Assembly: GCF_032444005.1 (NCBI RefSeq)
Contig: NC_091282.1
Coordinates: 740,590,001-740,654,000 of the forward strand
Source of the DNA: Ranitomeya imitator
Lineage: Eukaryota
Direction of reading: 5' to 3'
DNA: 64,000 nucleotides
How positions within the stretch are numbered: position 1 is the first letter of the stretch; every line of letters starts with the position of its first letter. Of the stretch, positions 45,581 through 57,298 are shown piece after piece. Below the pieces are notes generated by a model, which saw nothing but the letters and a program-made list of their open reading frames with translations, was not told where the DNA came from and searched no databases. Position numbers and translations under genes: made by a program.

Positions 45581-47037
45581 GTGCTTAAAAGTTTACATAC
45601 ACCAGCAGAATTTCTCCTTTCTTGGACTTTTTTCAGAGAATATGAATAACACCAAGACTTTTTCTCCACTCAAAGTTAGTGGTTGAGTGGAGCCATTTAT
45701 TGTCAAACTACTGTGTTTTCTCTTTTCAAATCATAATGACGACCCAAAACATTAGACTTACCCTGATCTAAAGTTCACATACCCTGGTGATTTTGGCCTG
45801 ATAACATGCACAGAAGTTGACACAAATGGGTTTGAATGGCTACTAAAGGTAACATCCTCATCTGTGACTTGTTTGCTTGTAATCAGTGTGTGTGCATAAA
45901 AGTGGAGTGAGTTTCTGGGATCCAGACAGACTCTTGCATCTTTCATCCAGCCACTGACATTTCTGGATTGTGAGTCATGGGGAAAGCAAAAGAATTGTCA
46001 ACAGAAAAGGTAGCTGAGCCGTATAAAACAGGAACGGGATACAAAAAGATATCCATGGAATTGATAATGCCAGTCGGCAGCGTTCAAACTGGGGCTCTGT
46101 AAAAACAAAACCACTGTAAGGTAGACTAATAAAACTGCCAGGAAAATTGTTTGGGATGCTAAGAAAAACCCACAAATAACATCAGCTGAAATACTAGACT
46201 CTCTGAAAACTAGCGGTGTGGCTGTTTCAAGATGCACAATAAGGAGACACTAGAAGAAAAATGGGATGCATGGTCAAGTTGCCAGAAGAAAACCATTACT
46301 GCACAAATGCCACAAAGTATCTCGCCTACAATACGCAAAACAGCAGAGAGACAAGCCTCAAAACTTCTGGAACAACGTAGTTTGGAGTGATGAGACCAAA
46401 ATTGAACTTTTTGGCCACAACCAAGGCCTATGATGAAAGGAACACCATTCCTACTGTAAAGCACGGAAGTGGATTGTTGATGTTTTTGGGGATGTGTGCG
46501 CTAAAAAGGCACAGGAAACTTAGTCAATGTTGAAGGAAAGATGAATGCAGCATGTTATCAGCAAATATTGTAGGCAAATTTGCAATCATCAGCCCGGAAC
46601 CGGAGCATTGGATGTTCCGACATGACAACGATGCAAAACACAAGGCCAAGTAAGTCGACTCATTAGCTACAGCAGAACAAAATGAAGGTTCTGGAGTGGC
46701 CATCTCAGTCTCCTGACCTCAATATCATTGAGCCACTCTAGGGAGATCTCAAACGCGCAGTTCATGCTAGACAGTCCAGGAATTTACAGGAACTGGCGGC
46801 TTTTTGCCAAGAAGAGTGGGCTGCTTTACCATCTGAGAAAATAAAGAACCTCATCCACAACTACTACAAAAGACTTCAAGCTGTCATTGATGTTAGAGGA
46901 GGCAATGCACAGTATTAAGAATTGGGGTATGTAAACTTTAGGTCAGGGTCATTTGATGTTTTGAGTTGTCATTATGAGCATATAAAGCATATAAAGTAAA
47001 ACTTCTGACGGTGTATGTAAACTTTTGAGCACAACGG
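45579..47037 (+). mobile_element. Tc1 transposon E, heavily decayed
   Basis: Ends AGTGCTTAAAAGTTTACATACACC / GGTGTATGTAAACTTTTGAGCAC. Broken transposase at ~45976-46918 ([35 protein letters not shown]). Confidence 0.85.
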
Positions 47038-47083
47038 TAATATATAGATTGTATATAATCTCTAGCATTAGCTTATGTGAGAA

Positions 47084-47306
47084 AGGCCTTTAGTTTCTTA
47101 TAGGTTACCTTGGGTACCTTTTGAGACTGAGACCTTGTGCACTATTATACACCTTGCTCTTTGAGTGATCTTTTTGGTCAACCACTGCTGAGAACGGTAA
47201 TAATGGTCTTGCATTTCCTCCATTTATACAAAATCTGTCTTGGCTGTGGTGGAGTGGTACAGCTTGTTAGGAGAACCATGATTTCCCTATATCCTGCAAT
47301 ACCGTG
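47084..47306. repeat. Second copy of the 9546-9762 block
   Basis: Same orientation, similar boundaries. Confidence 0.65.
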
Positions 47307-47317
47307 CAATATACAGA

Positions 47318-47440
47318 CAGGTGCTTCTCACAAAATTAGAATATCATCCAAAAGTTAATTTATTTCAGTTCTTCAATACAAAAAGGGAATCTAATATATA
47401 GTCATTACAAATAAAGTGATCTGTTTCTAGTGTTTATTTC
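47318..47440. mobile_element. Isolated Tc1-type terminal fragment
   Basis: CAGGTGCTTCTCACAAAATTAGAATATCATC resembles a Tc1 TIR start. No partner end seen. Confidence 0.45.
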
Positions 47441-48247
47441 TGCCAGTACTCTAACGAGGAACAAGAATCGCAAAAGGGCTGACTAGTAACCCAAACATTT
47501 ATGGGAGCGGACCCTTAAAGGGAGCCGGTCAGCAAGTTTTAAGCATGGAATTATTAGTATGACATTATAGCTGCTTGTCTGCCAATATTTTTTTTTTAAA
47601 GATCTGATGTGCCAGTCATGAGAAATCTAGTGTAGAACCCATATGCAAATCAGGCTGTAAATGCACTAGGGATGTGTCACCAGATTTGAAGAAGCCATGC
47701 AAATGCAGTGGCACGCCACCAGGGCACTTCCAGCCTAATTTTCAGGGCCGTATTTGCCACTAGGCACTTGAGGGCACGTGCCTAGGGCGGGACGATGGGG
47801 GGGGGGGGATGGGCACCTGAGCAAGTTTTTTGTTCTGTTCTGTTTTTTTCTTTTTTTTAAATTTAATTCCAGGGTCTCCTCCCCGCTTGCGCCAGCCCGC
47901 CTTCCACCTCACAACCCCCCCGCTTGAGGACATCATACTCACCTACTACAGCGATGCCTGGTCTCAGCGCCTGCAGCTCGTCCTGTGTAAGCGGTCACGT
48001 GGTACAGCTCATTAAGGTGATGAATATGGACGCATATTCATCTCCTTAATGAGCGGTACCATGTGACCGCTCACTCAGGAAGAAGCTGCCGCGCCGGAAC
48101 AGAGCTGGGTTCGGCGCATTGTGGAAAGGTGAGTATGACAGCCAGGGAGGATGGGGGGAGGATGAAGGAGGGAGGAAGGGGGAGCGAGCCATGCGTGCAA
48201 GATGGGAGCAGGAGCCAGGGAGAGCTGAGCCATTCATACAAGGGGAA

Positions 48248-49260
48248 ATTTCTAGTGCAGTAATGCAGTTCAAATTTCGTATTTCAAGTTTGTATGTTCT
48301 AGCGCTGCAGTGTGCTGCCTTATTTACTTAACTATATACGAGTTGGCGACTCTAGGTTCAGCACCTGTTCACACTGAGTCTGTTTGGATGTGCAGGTCAG
48401 GTTTTTGACATGTATTCTCTAGCCTTCTGATCGTGCACTCCGCCTCCTAGCCTACAGGTGTTTTAATTACAGCAGGTCTAATACCCCTCCATAGAGAGAG
48501 AGAATTTTTAGTCTAGGAAGAGGTTTCACATGTACCCATTCAGATGGAGACGTTTATTTTCAGCGAGGTAAGGCAAGCGTAGGACCTGGTATAAGAGAGA
48601 TGCCGTAAAGGGGCTACCAGGTACACATAAAATTGGCCATTTTTATGCGCTAAACGCTCTCATTTTTCATATTTCTAGTGCAGTAATGCAGTTCAAATTT
48701 TGTATTTCAAGTTTGTATGTTCTAGCGCTGCAGTGTGCTGCCTTATTTACTTAACTATATACGAGTTGGCGACTCTAGGTTCAGCACATGTTCACACTGA
48801 GTCTGTTTGGATGTGCAGGTCAGGTTTTTGAAATGTATTCTCTAGCCTTCTGATCGTGCACTCCGCCTCCTAGCCTACAGGTGTTTTAATTACAGCAGTT
48901 CCAATACCCCTCCATAGAGAGAGAGAATTTTTAGTCTAGGAAGAGGTTTCACATGTACCAATTCAGATGGAGACGTTTATTCTCAGCGAGGTAAGGCAAG
49001 CGTAGGACCTGGTATAAGAGAGATGCCGTAAAGGGGCTACCAGGTACACATAAAATTGGCCATTTTATGCGCTAAACGCTCTCATTTTTCATATTTCTAG
49101 CGCAGTAATGCAGTTCAAATTTCATATTTCAAGTTTGTATGTTCTAGCGCTGCAGTGTGCTGCCTTATTTACTTAACTATATACGAGTTGACGACTCTAG
49201 GTTCAGCACCTGTTCACACTGAGTCTGTTTGGATGTGCAGGTCAGGTTTTTGAAATGTAT
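48248..49260. repeat. Tandem ~422 bp unit, 2.4 copies
   Basis: ATTTCTAG(T/C)GCAGTAATGCAG recurs at 48248, 48671 and 49093. Copies are nearly identical. Confidence 0.95.
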
Positions 49261-50380
49261 TCATACAAGGGGAGGACGAAAGCTGGCCCATTCATACAAG
49301 GAGGAGGAAACTGAACTATTCATACAAGGGGGAGGAAACTGAGCCATTCATACAAGGGGGGGAGAGCTGAGCCATTCATACAATGGGGAGGAAACAGCCA
49401 TTCATACAAGGGGGGAGAGCTAAGCCATTTATACAAGGGGGAGAAAACTGAGCCATTCATACAAGGGGGGGAAAGCTGGGCCATTCATACAAGGGGGAAA
49501 AGCTGAGCCATTCATACAAGGGGGAGGAAAGCTGAGCCATTCATGCAAGGGGGAGGAAAGCTGAGCCATTCATATAAGGGGGGGGGGGGGAAGCTGAGCC
49601 TTTCATACAAGGGGGAGAGCTGAGCCATTCATACAAGGGGGAGGAAAGCTGAGCCATTCATACAAGGGGGGGGGAAGCTGAGCCATTCATACAAGGGGGA
49701 GGAAACAGCCATTCATACAAGGGGGGAGAGCTGAGCCATTTATACAAGGGGGAGAAAACTGAGCCATTCATACAAGGGGGAAAAGCTGAGCCATTCATAC
49801 AAGGGGGAGGAAAGCTGAGCCATTCATACAAGGGGGAGGAAAGCTGAGCCATTCATATAAGGGGGGGGGGGAAGCTGAGCCTTTCATACAAGGGGGGAGA
49901 GCTGAGCCATTCATACAAGGGGGAGGAAAGCTGAGCCACTCATACAAGGGGGGGGGGGAAGCTGAGCCATTCATACAAGGGGGAGGAAAGCTGAGCCATT
50001 CATACAAGGGGGGAGAGCTGAGCCATTCATACAAGGGGGGGAGAGCTGAGCCATTCATACAATGGGGGGAGAGCTGAGCCATTCATACAAGGGGGGGAAA
50101 GCTGGGCCATTCATACAAGGGGGGAAAGCTGAGCCATTCATACAAGGGGGGGAAAGCTGGGCCATTCATACAAGGGGGGAAAGCTGAGCCATTCATACAA
50201 GGGGAGGAATGCTGAGCCATTCATACAAGGGGGGGAAGCTGGGCCATTCATACAAGGGGGGAAGCTGAGCCATTCTTACAAGGGGGAGGAAAGCTGAGCC
50301 ATTCATACAAGGGGGAAGCCGAGCCATTCATACAAGATGGTGGTGGTGGTGGGGGGGGGAAGCTGAGCCATTCATACAAG
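49257..50380. repeat. ~28-30 bp G-rich minisatellite (GAGCCATTCATACAAGGGGGGAAAGCT)
   Basis: About 38 tandem units with variable G runs. Confidence 0.95.
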
Positions 50381-50399
50381 ATGGGAGGGGGGAACAATT

Positions 50400-50960
50400 T
50401 GAGTGGGGTTGGGGGATTTATTATGTGTGTGGTGAGTTTGAGTGAGGATAGGGGGATTTATTATGTGTGGGGAGAATTGGAGTGGGGATGGGGGATTTAA
50501 TGTGTGTGGGGATATTTGAGGACACAAAATGAAGAGCAAAGGGGGAGATGGGGAAACAGTATGGGGGAATGGGGGGCATGTATGAGGAAACTACTGGGGA
50601 ATGGGGGGCATGTATGAGGAAACAGTACTAGCCAATGGGGGCATGTATGAGGAAACAGTACGGGGGGATGAGGGCATGTATGAGGAAACTACTGGGGAAT
50701 GAGGGGCATGTATGGGCAATGGGGGGCATGTATGAGCAAACAGTACAGGGGGATGGGTGCAGACAGTATGGGGAGCAAACGGGGGAATGTATGCGGGCAC
50801 AGTATGAGTAGCGATGTGAAAAATGTAGGTGAACAGAGTACGGGGAGTGAGGGTGATGGGATGTGTGCAGACACAGTATGGGGAGTCAGGTGCACAGCCA
50901 GTATAGAAAATGAGGGGGTAAATATATGAGGAGACAGTATGGTGAAAAGGAGGGATGTCA
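50400..50960. repeat. Degenerate G-rich tandem repeats (GGGGGGCATGTATGAGGAAAC...)
   Basis: Direct reading; low-complexity interior of the hAT element. Confidence 0.7.
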
Positions 50961-51696
50961 GAGGAGACAGCATTAGGAGTCAGGGGAATAGTGTGATGAG
51001 ACGGTATGCGGGAGAAAAGTGAGTGGGCACAGAATAGAAACTGAGTAGTGGGTTCGTACTGAGTACAGTATAAATACTGGGCCCTATAGGTGGGACACAG
51101 TGTGAGTGGACAGTGTGAAGAGGGGGCCGGTACACTGTAAAGAGCATGTACCATAAGAGGGACAGGGTGGGGGTCATGTTTTGTGCAGTTAATATAGTGA
51201 GGGGCAATTTTTCATTCAGGAGCATTATAATGACACTTGTATCTTTAAGGGCATCATGTGGAGATTTTCTGCAAAAGAGCGGAGAAGATGGAGGTCTGCA
51301 AAGACGGCTGTGGATGAGAAAACTCATCATGGGGTCTGAACAAGATGAAGAAAAGAAGGAGAACGGCTCCAGAGGCGACATAATCTATCAGGTACCTGGA
51401 TGTAAATGTTATTTGTGATACTAACTAACTCTCATGGGGTGCACGCTATCAAGCTCTTGGCGGTCCCAGAACTAACTCCCCTATCTTTATAAGTAAGTGA
51501 TTCTTTATAGTATTTACATATAGCGCCTTAATACAGCACTTTACTTCTGAGCACATTATGCACCTTAATAGATTTCTCAGTACATCTGACTTCTTATGGT
51601 GATATGCACATTATATGCACATTTTTTATTATATAGATTTTCTGGCACAAGCACTTTATGATATGTGCAATATATGGTTTTGTTGATACTTATTGA

Positions 51697-52636
51697 GTCA
51701 CAGGAGAAATTGGACCCCAAAATTTATTGAGCTCGGAAGGGAAGGAGCGCCGTTTTGGGACGCAGACTTTGATAGAATGGTCTGCGGGCGTTATGTTGCA
51801 TTTGCAGAGCCCCTGATGTACCTAAACAGTAGAAACCCTCCACAAGTGACCCCATTTTGGAAACTAGACCCCCCAAGGAACTTATCTAGATGTGTGGTGA
51901 GAACTTTGAATGTCCAAGTGCTTCACAGAAGTTTATAATGCAGAGTCATAAAAATAATAAATATTTTTTTTCCACAAAAAAGATTTTTTAGCCCCCAAGT
52001 TTTTATTTTCAAAAAGGTAACAGGAGAAATTGGACCCCAAATGTTGTTGTCCAATTTATCCCGAGTACACTGATGCCCCATATGTGGGGGTGAACCACTG
52101 TTTGGGCGCACGGAAGAGCTCAGAAGGGAGGGAGCACCATTTGACTTTTTGAGCGCAAAATTGGCTGTCGTGTTTGGAGACCCCTGATGTACCTAAACAG
52201 TGGAAACCCCCAAATTCTAACTCCAAACCTAACCCCAACACACCCCTAACCCTAATCCCAACCCGATCCATAATCTTAATCACAACCCTAACGATAATCA
52301 CAACCCTAACCCCAAAACAACCCTAATCTCAACACTAACCATAACCCTAATCAAAACCCTAAATCCAACACACCCCTAATCCTAATCTCAACCCTAACCT
52401 CACACCTAACCCTAATCCCAATACACCCCTAACCCTAATCTCAACCCTAACCTTAACCCTAATCCCAAACCTAACCCTAATCTCAAACGTAACCCTAATA
52501 CCAAGCCTAATCCAAACCCTAACCCTTATCCCAACTCTAACTTTAGCCCCAACCCTAACCCTAACTTTAGCCTCAAACCTAACCCTAGCACTAACCCTAA
52601 ATTTAACCCTAACTTTAGCCCCAACCCTAGCCCTAA
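51697..52636 (-). mobile_element. Internal fragment of the piggyBac-type family of 24254-27540, ending in a (CCCTAA)n-like tract (~52217-52636)
   Basis: Same subrepeat sequence (GTGACCCCATTTTGGAAACTAGACCCC...) in reverse orientation. Confidence 0.8.
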
Positions 52637-52960
52637 GGCTACTTTCACACTTGCGTCGTGTGGCATCCGTCACAATCCGTCGTTTTGGACAAAAAACGGA
52701 TCCTGCAAATGTGCCCGCAGGATGCGTTTTTTGCCCATAGACTTGTATTGCTGACGGACTGCGATGGATGGACACACGTCGCGTCCATCGTGCACTGGAT
52801 CCGATGTGTTTTGGCGGACCGTCGTCACAAAAAACGTTCAATGTAACGGTTTTTTGTACGTCGCGTCCGCCATTTCCGACCGCGCATGCGCGGCCGTTAC
52901 TCTGCCCCCTCCTCCCCAGGACATAGACTGGGCAGCGGATGCGTTGAAAAACTCATTCTT
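52637..52960. mobile_element. Partial Harbinger-type MITE
   Basis: TAA|GGCTACTTTCACACTTGCGTCG at the edge of the telomere-like tract. Right end not identified. Confidence 0.6.
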
Positions 52961-54319
52961 TGTGACTGCAGACTTCTGACTTCTCACTGTGCGCCCTGCA
53001 CACTGTCAGAATTCTCTTGTGCCGGCAATTTACATTATTGCGGTCACATGCTGACTAGACATGTGTGGCCTCACTCTATGATAATGAACTGAGCGAGGCC
53101 GGGAACATCTAGTCAGCATGTGGTCAGAGGTATACAAATCTCATGCTTGTGCTGACATGACCGTCCACCGGCAAGGGAGAATCCTAATAGTGTGCAGTGC
53201 ATTCGTTGTGAGAATTCAGAAGCTGCGATGTCAGGATTCAGCTCTGCAGGTTCGTTCCAGTAGTCGTCACATGGACACTTCACTCATATGCGATTTTCAT
53301 ACTCATGGTCCTGTGACAACGAGCTTCTCTTCTGCTTCTCTCTGTTTTTCACTGAACATTGAGAGCATTAGGGAGAGGAGCTCGTGGGTACATGACTAAG
53401 TGTGCAAATCGCATGTGTGGTGGTGGTGGTAGGCCAAAATTAATTCTTGCCCCGATGCCAGAAACCCTACATACACCTCTGCCGGTATGCTACTGCGAGC
53501 GGTGATTACCGGGTCCGGTGGAGGGATGTGTGTGCACAGGCAGTGAGGCAGGGACCGAGGGTGTGCACAGAGAGAATGGAGACCCGGAGACTGTCCGTCC
53601 TAGTCTACACCGTAGCCTGGAGCCCTCATTATCATAGGAATATGTCAGGTAATAAATTGTTTTTGTAAAGCTTTATAGTGTAGTTTTAGGTCAGGGAGAG
53701 ATGGTTAGAGATGAGCTAGCAAGGTGCAGGGACAGGTAGTGATGGCTACTTGCAGACATGGTGCGGCACTTGCGGTTTTGCACTTGCGGTGAGACAAAAA
53801 AACACTGCTAGCAGTGTTTTTTTTCCCATTGCTGCAAGTACCACATTTGCCGGATCGCGGCAAAACCGCAAGTGCCGCACATGTCCGCAAGTCCCATAGG
53901 GAATGAATGAGTGATGCCGTAAGTGATCCGTTACGCGGCAGATGCGGAAAAACTGCCGGATCTGCTGCAAAAGGCTACTTTCACATTAGTGATTTATGGC
54001 AAAGTCACTGCCGATAGTGTCATACTCACCAAAGGGGGAGGCAGCAGAAACTCTAAATACGGCCCTGCTAATTAGCATATGGTTTCTACACTGGATTTCT
54101 TATGCCAGATCTCACCCCCCAAATTATTATTTTTTGAATGGAACCTATACAGCCATAACTTCGCTTCCATATATAAAAAGGTGCTGATGGGTTCCCTTTT
54201 AACCTAATACAAGCATAAAGATAGAAAGCATTGGCAGTCATGTAAAATCATTTGTGTTATGCTTTATCACAATCTCTGGCGGTTTCTGTAGAGGTTTATG
54301 ACGGTCAGTAAATTTGACA

Positions 54320-56580
54320 TGCGCACTGTTATGGGTTGAACACCAGAGGGCACTCGGATAGTTAGGTTCAGTGCACAAGTGGGTTTATGAGTGTCAGTAA
54401 ATTTTACATGTGCACTGTTGTGGGTTAAACGCTAGAGGGCGCTCGGATAGTTAGGTTCTGTGCACTGTTGTGGGTTGGACCCTAGAGGGCGCTCGGATAG
54501 TTGGGTTCTGTGCACTGTTGTGGGTTGAACGCTATAGGGTGCTCGGATACTTAGGTTCTGCGTACAAGTGCACTGTTGTGGGTTGAACGCCAGAGGGCGC
54601 TCGGAGAGTTAGGTTCTGTGCACAAGTGTACTGTTATGGTTAAATGCTAGAGGGCGCTCGGATAGTTAGGTTCTGTGTACTGTTGTGGGTTGAACGCTAG
54701 AGGGCACTCGGATAGTTAGGTTCTGTGCACTGTTGTGGGTTGACCGCTAGAGGGCGCTCGGATAGTTAGGTTCTGTGCACTAGTGCACTGTTGTGGGTTG
54801 AACACCAGAGGGCCCTTGGATAGTTAGGTTCTGTGCACAAGTGCACTGTTGTGGGTTGAACACCAGAGGGCGCTCAGAGAGTTAGGTTCTGTGCACAAGT
54901 GTACTGTTATGGTTAAATGCTAGAGGGCGCTCGGATAGTTAGGTTCTGTGCACTGTTGTCGGTTGAATGCTAGAGGGCGCTCAGATAGTTAGGTTCTGTG
55001 CACTGTTGTGGGTTGAACGCTATACGGCGCTCGGATAGTTAGGTTCTGTGCACTGTTGTGGGTTGAACGCTATAGGGCGCTCGGATAGTTAGGTTCTGTG
55101 CACTGTTGTGGGTTGGACGCTAGAGGGCGCTCGGATAGTTGGGTTCTGTGCACTGTTGTGGGTTGAACGCTATAGGGTGCCCGGATACTTAGGTTCTGCG
55201 TATAAGTGCACTGTTGTGGGTTGAACGCCAGAGGGCGCTCGGAGAGTTAGGTTCTGTGCACAGGTGTACTGTTATGGTTAAATGCTATAGGGCGCTCGGA
55301 TAGTTAGGTTCTGTGTACTGTTGTGGGTTGACCACTAGAGGGCGCTCGGATAGTTAGGTTCTGTGCACTAGTGCACTGTTGTGGGTTGAACACCAGAGGG
55401 CGCTCGGAGAGTTAGGTTCTATGCACAAGTGTACTGTTATGGTTAAATGCTAGAGGGCGCTCGGATAGTTAGGTTCTGTGCACTGTTGTGGGTTGAATGC
55501 TAGAGGGCGCTCAGATAGTTAGGTTCTGTGCACTGTTGTGGGTTGAACGCTATACGGCGCTCGGATAGTTAGGTTCTGTCACTGTTGTGGGTTGAACGCT
55601 ATAGGGCGCTTGGATAGTTAGGTTCTGTGCACAAGTTCACTGTTGTGGGTTGAATGCTAGAGGGCGCTCGGAAAGTTAGGTTCTGTGCACTGTTGTGGGT
55701 TGAACGCTAGAGGGCGCTTGGATAGGTAGGTTCTGTGCACAAGTGTACTATTATGGTTAAACACTAGAGGGCGCTCGGAGAGTTAGGCTCTGTGCACAAG
55801 TGTACTGTTATGGTTAAAGCTAGAGGGCGCTCGGATAGTTAGGTTCTGTTCACAAGTACACTGTTGAGGGTTGAACACTAGAGGGCGCTCAGATAGTTAG
55901 GTTCTGTGCACAAGGGCACTGTTGAGGGTTGAACACTAGAGGGCGCTCAGATAGTTAGGTTCTGTTCACAAGTGCACTGTTGTGGGTTGAACGCTAGAGG
56001 GCGCTCAGATAGTTAGGTTCTGTGCACTGTTGTGGGTTGAATGCCAGAGGGTGCTCGGATAGTTAGTAGTTAGGTTCTGTGCACAAGTGCACTGTTGTGG
56101 GTTGAACGCTAGAGGGCGCTCAGATAGTTAGTAGTTAGGTTCTGTGCACAAGTGCACTGTTGTGGGTTGAATGCCAGAGGACGCTCGGATAGTTAGTAGT
56201 TAGGTTCTGTGCACAAGTGCACTGTTGTGGGTTGAATGCCAGAGGGCGCTCGGATAGTTAGTAGTTAGGTTCTGTGCACAAGTGCACTGTTGTGGGTTGA
56301 ATGCCAGAGGGCGCTCGGATAGTTAGTAGTTAGGTTCTGTGCACAAGTGCACTGTTGTGGGTTGAATGCCAGAGGGCGCTCGGATAGTTAGTAGTTAGGT
56401 TCTGTGCACTGTTGTGGGTTGAATGCCAGAGGGCGCTCGGATAGTTAGTAGTTAGGTTCTGTGCACAAGTGCACTGTTGTGGGTTGAACGCTAGAGGGCG
56501 CCCAGATAGTTAGGTTCTGTGCACTGTTGTGGGTTGAACGCTAGAGGGCGCTCGGATAGTTAGGTCCTGTGCACACAGCC
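54320..56580. repeat. 50/58/65 bp satellite array (GTGCACTGTTGTGGGTTGAACGCTAGAGGGCGCTCGGATAGTTAGGTTCT)
   Basis: About 40 tandem units; +8 bp (AAGTGCAC) and +7 bp (AGTAGTT) variants. Confidence 0.97.
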
Positions 56581-56766
56581 TATTTTATATGATATCTGTA
56601 GGTTTTTTTCAGTATGGGAAATTCTAGAGCAGAGAAAAAGAAACAAAGTGCCCCGTAGTGTAGGCCCAAGACATTTTGCATAGATTAAGGTGCCAGGTAA
56701 TCAACTCAATTAGAATTATGATTACAACAGGCACATAAATCTCTGAAGGTGTGTAATTATTAATAA

Positions 56767-57298
56767 CTAGATGGCAGCCCGATTCTAAAGAATCGGGAGT
56801 CTAGAATCCATATATACTTTATTTATTCAAATGTAAGAATAATACAATTAATAAATAATAGTAAGAAAGAACAAAAATAATAGGCAGTATATGGAGAAAA
56901 CACCAAACAAAAGTTCAAAATTGGTGTGAAAATGTCACTGAACCACTTCACAACTAAATATATATAGTTTTGGTAAATGGTATTATCATTTTTTTGACGA
57001 AATTCGGCAGGAGCTTGAAGAGCAACGTCACTGGGCCCGCCTCCACGCAGTAGAAACTTGCTGTGAGGTAAAAATTCAAAAATCACACCAAAATGGCGGG
57101 CGGAGTGTGTCACAGTACGGCACGTTTCTGATTGGTCGCTCGCAGCAGGCGGCAACCAATCAGACACTGGACACTGTTGACGTCACTTATCTCCGGACAT
57201 TAGCTCCGGACATTAGCTCCGGACATTAGCTCCGGACAAAGCCACGGAAGTTGGCACAAATTGCAGGAAGTAGTATTCTAGGCAATTATATAATTAGA
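56767..57298 (-). mobile_element. Short non-autonomous Helitron
   Basis: Minus strand: A|TCTAATTATATAATTGCCTAG ... CCCGATTCTTTAGAATCGGG hairpin ... CTAG|T. Ends resemble 3125-4367. Internal 13 bp repeat x3-4. Confidence 0.85.

Larger units (their letters stand above)
47743..54067. mobile_element. Non-autonomous hAT-type composite element
   Basis: Perfect 13 bp TIR CAGGGCCGTATTT / AAATACGGCCCTG; imperfect 8 bp TSD CTAATTTT / CTAATTAG. Confidence 0.72.
47519..54198. mobile_element. T2-family MITE split by a 6.3 kb hAT-type insertion
   Basis: TTAA|AGGGAGCCGGTCAGC ... GCTGATGGGTTCCCT-T|TTAA. The right arm (CAGCCTAATTAGCATATGG) is restored by removing 47743-54067. Confidence 0.65.

Noticed and set aside
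48248-49260. Canonical hammerhead in the 422 bp unit
   Set aside because: No CTGANGA...GAAA pair with a proper stem II found on either strand by eye. Kept only as an open question.
54320-56580. CRISPR-like array (also considered for 49257-50380)
   Set aside because: Units are contiguous near-identical monomers with no unique spacers and no cas genes, in eukaryotic DNA.
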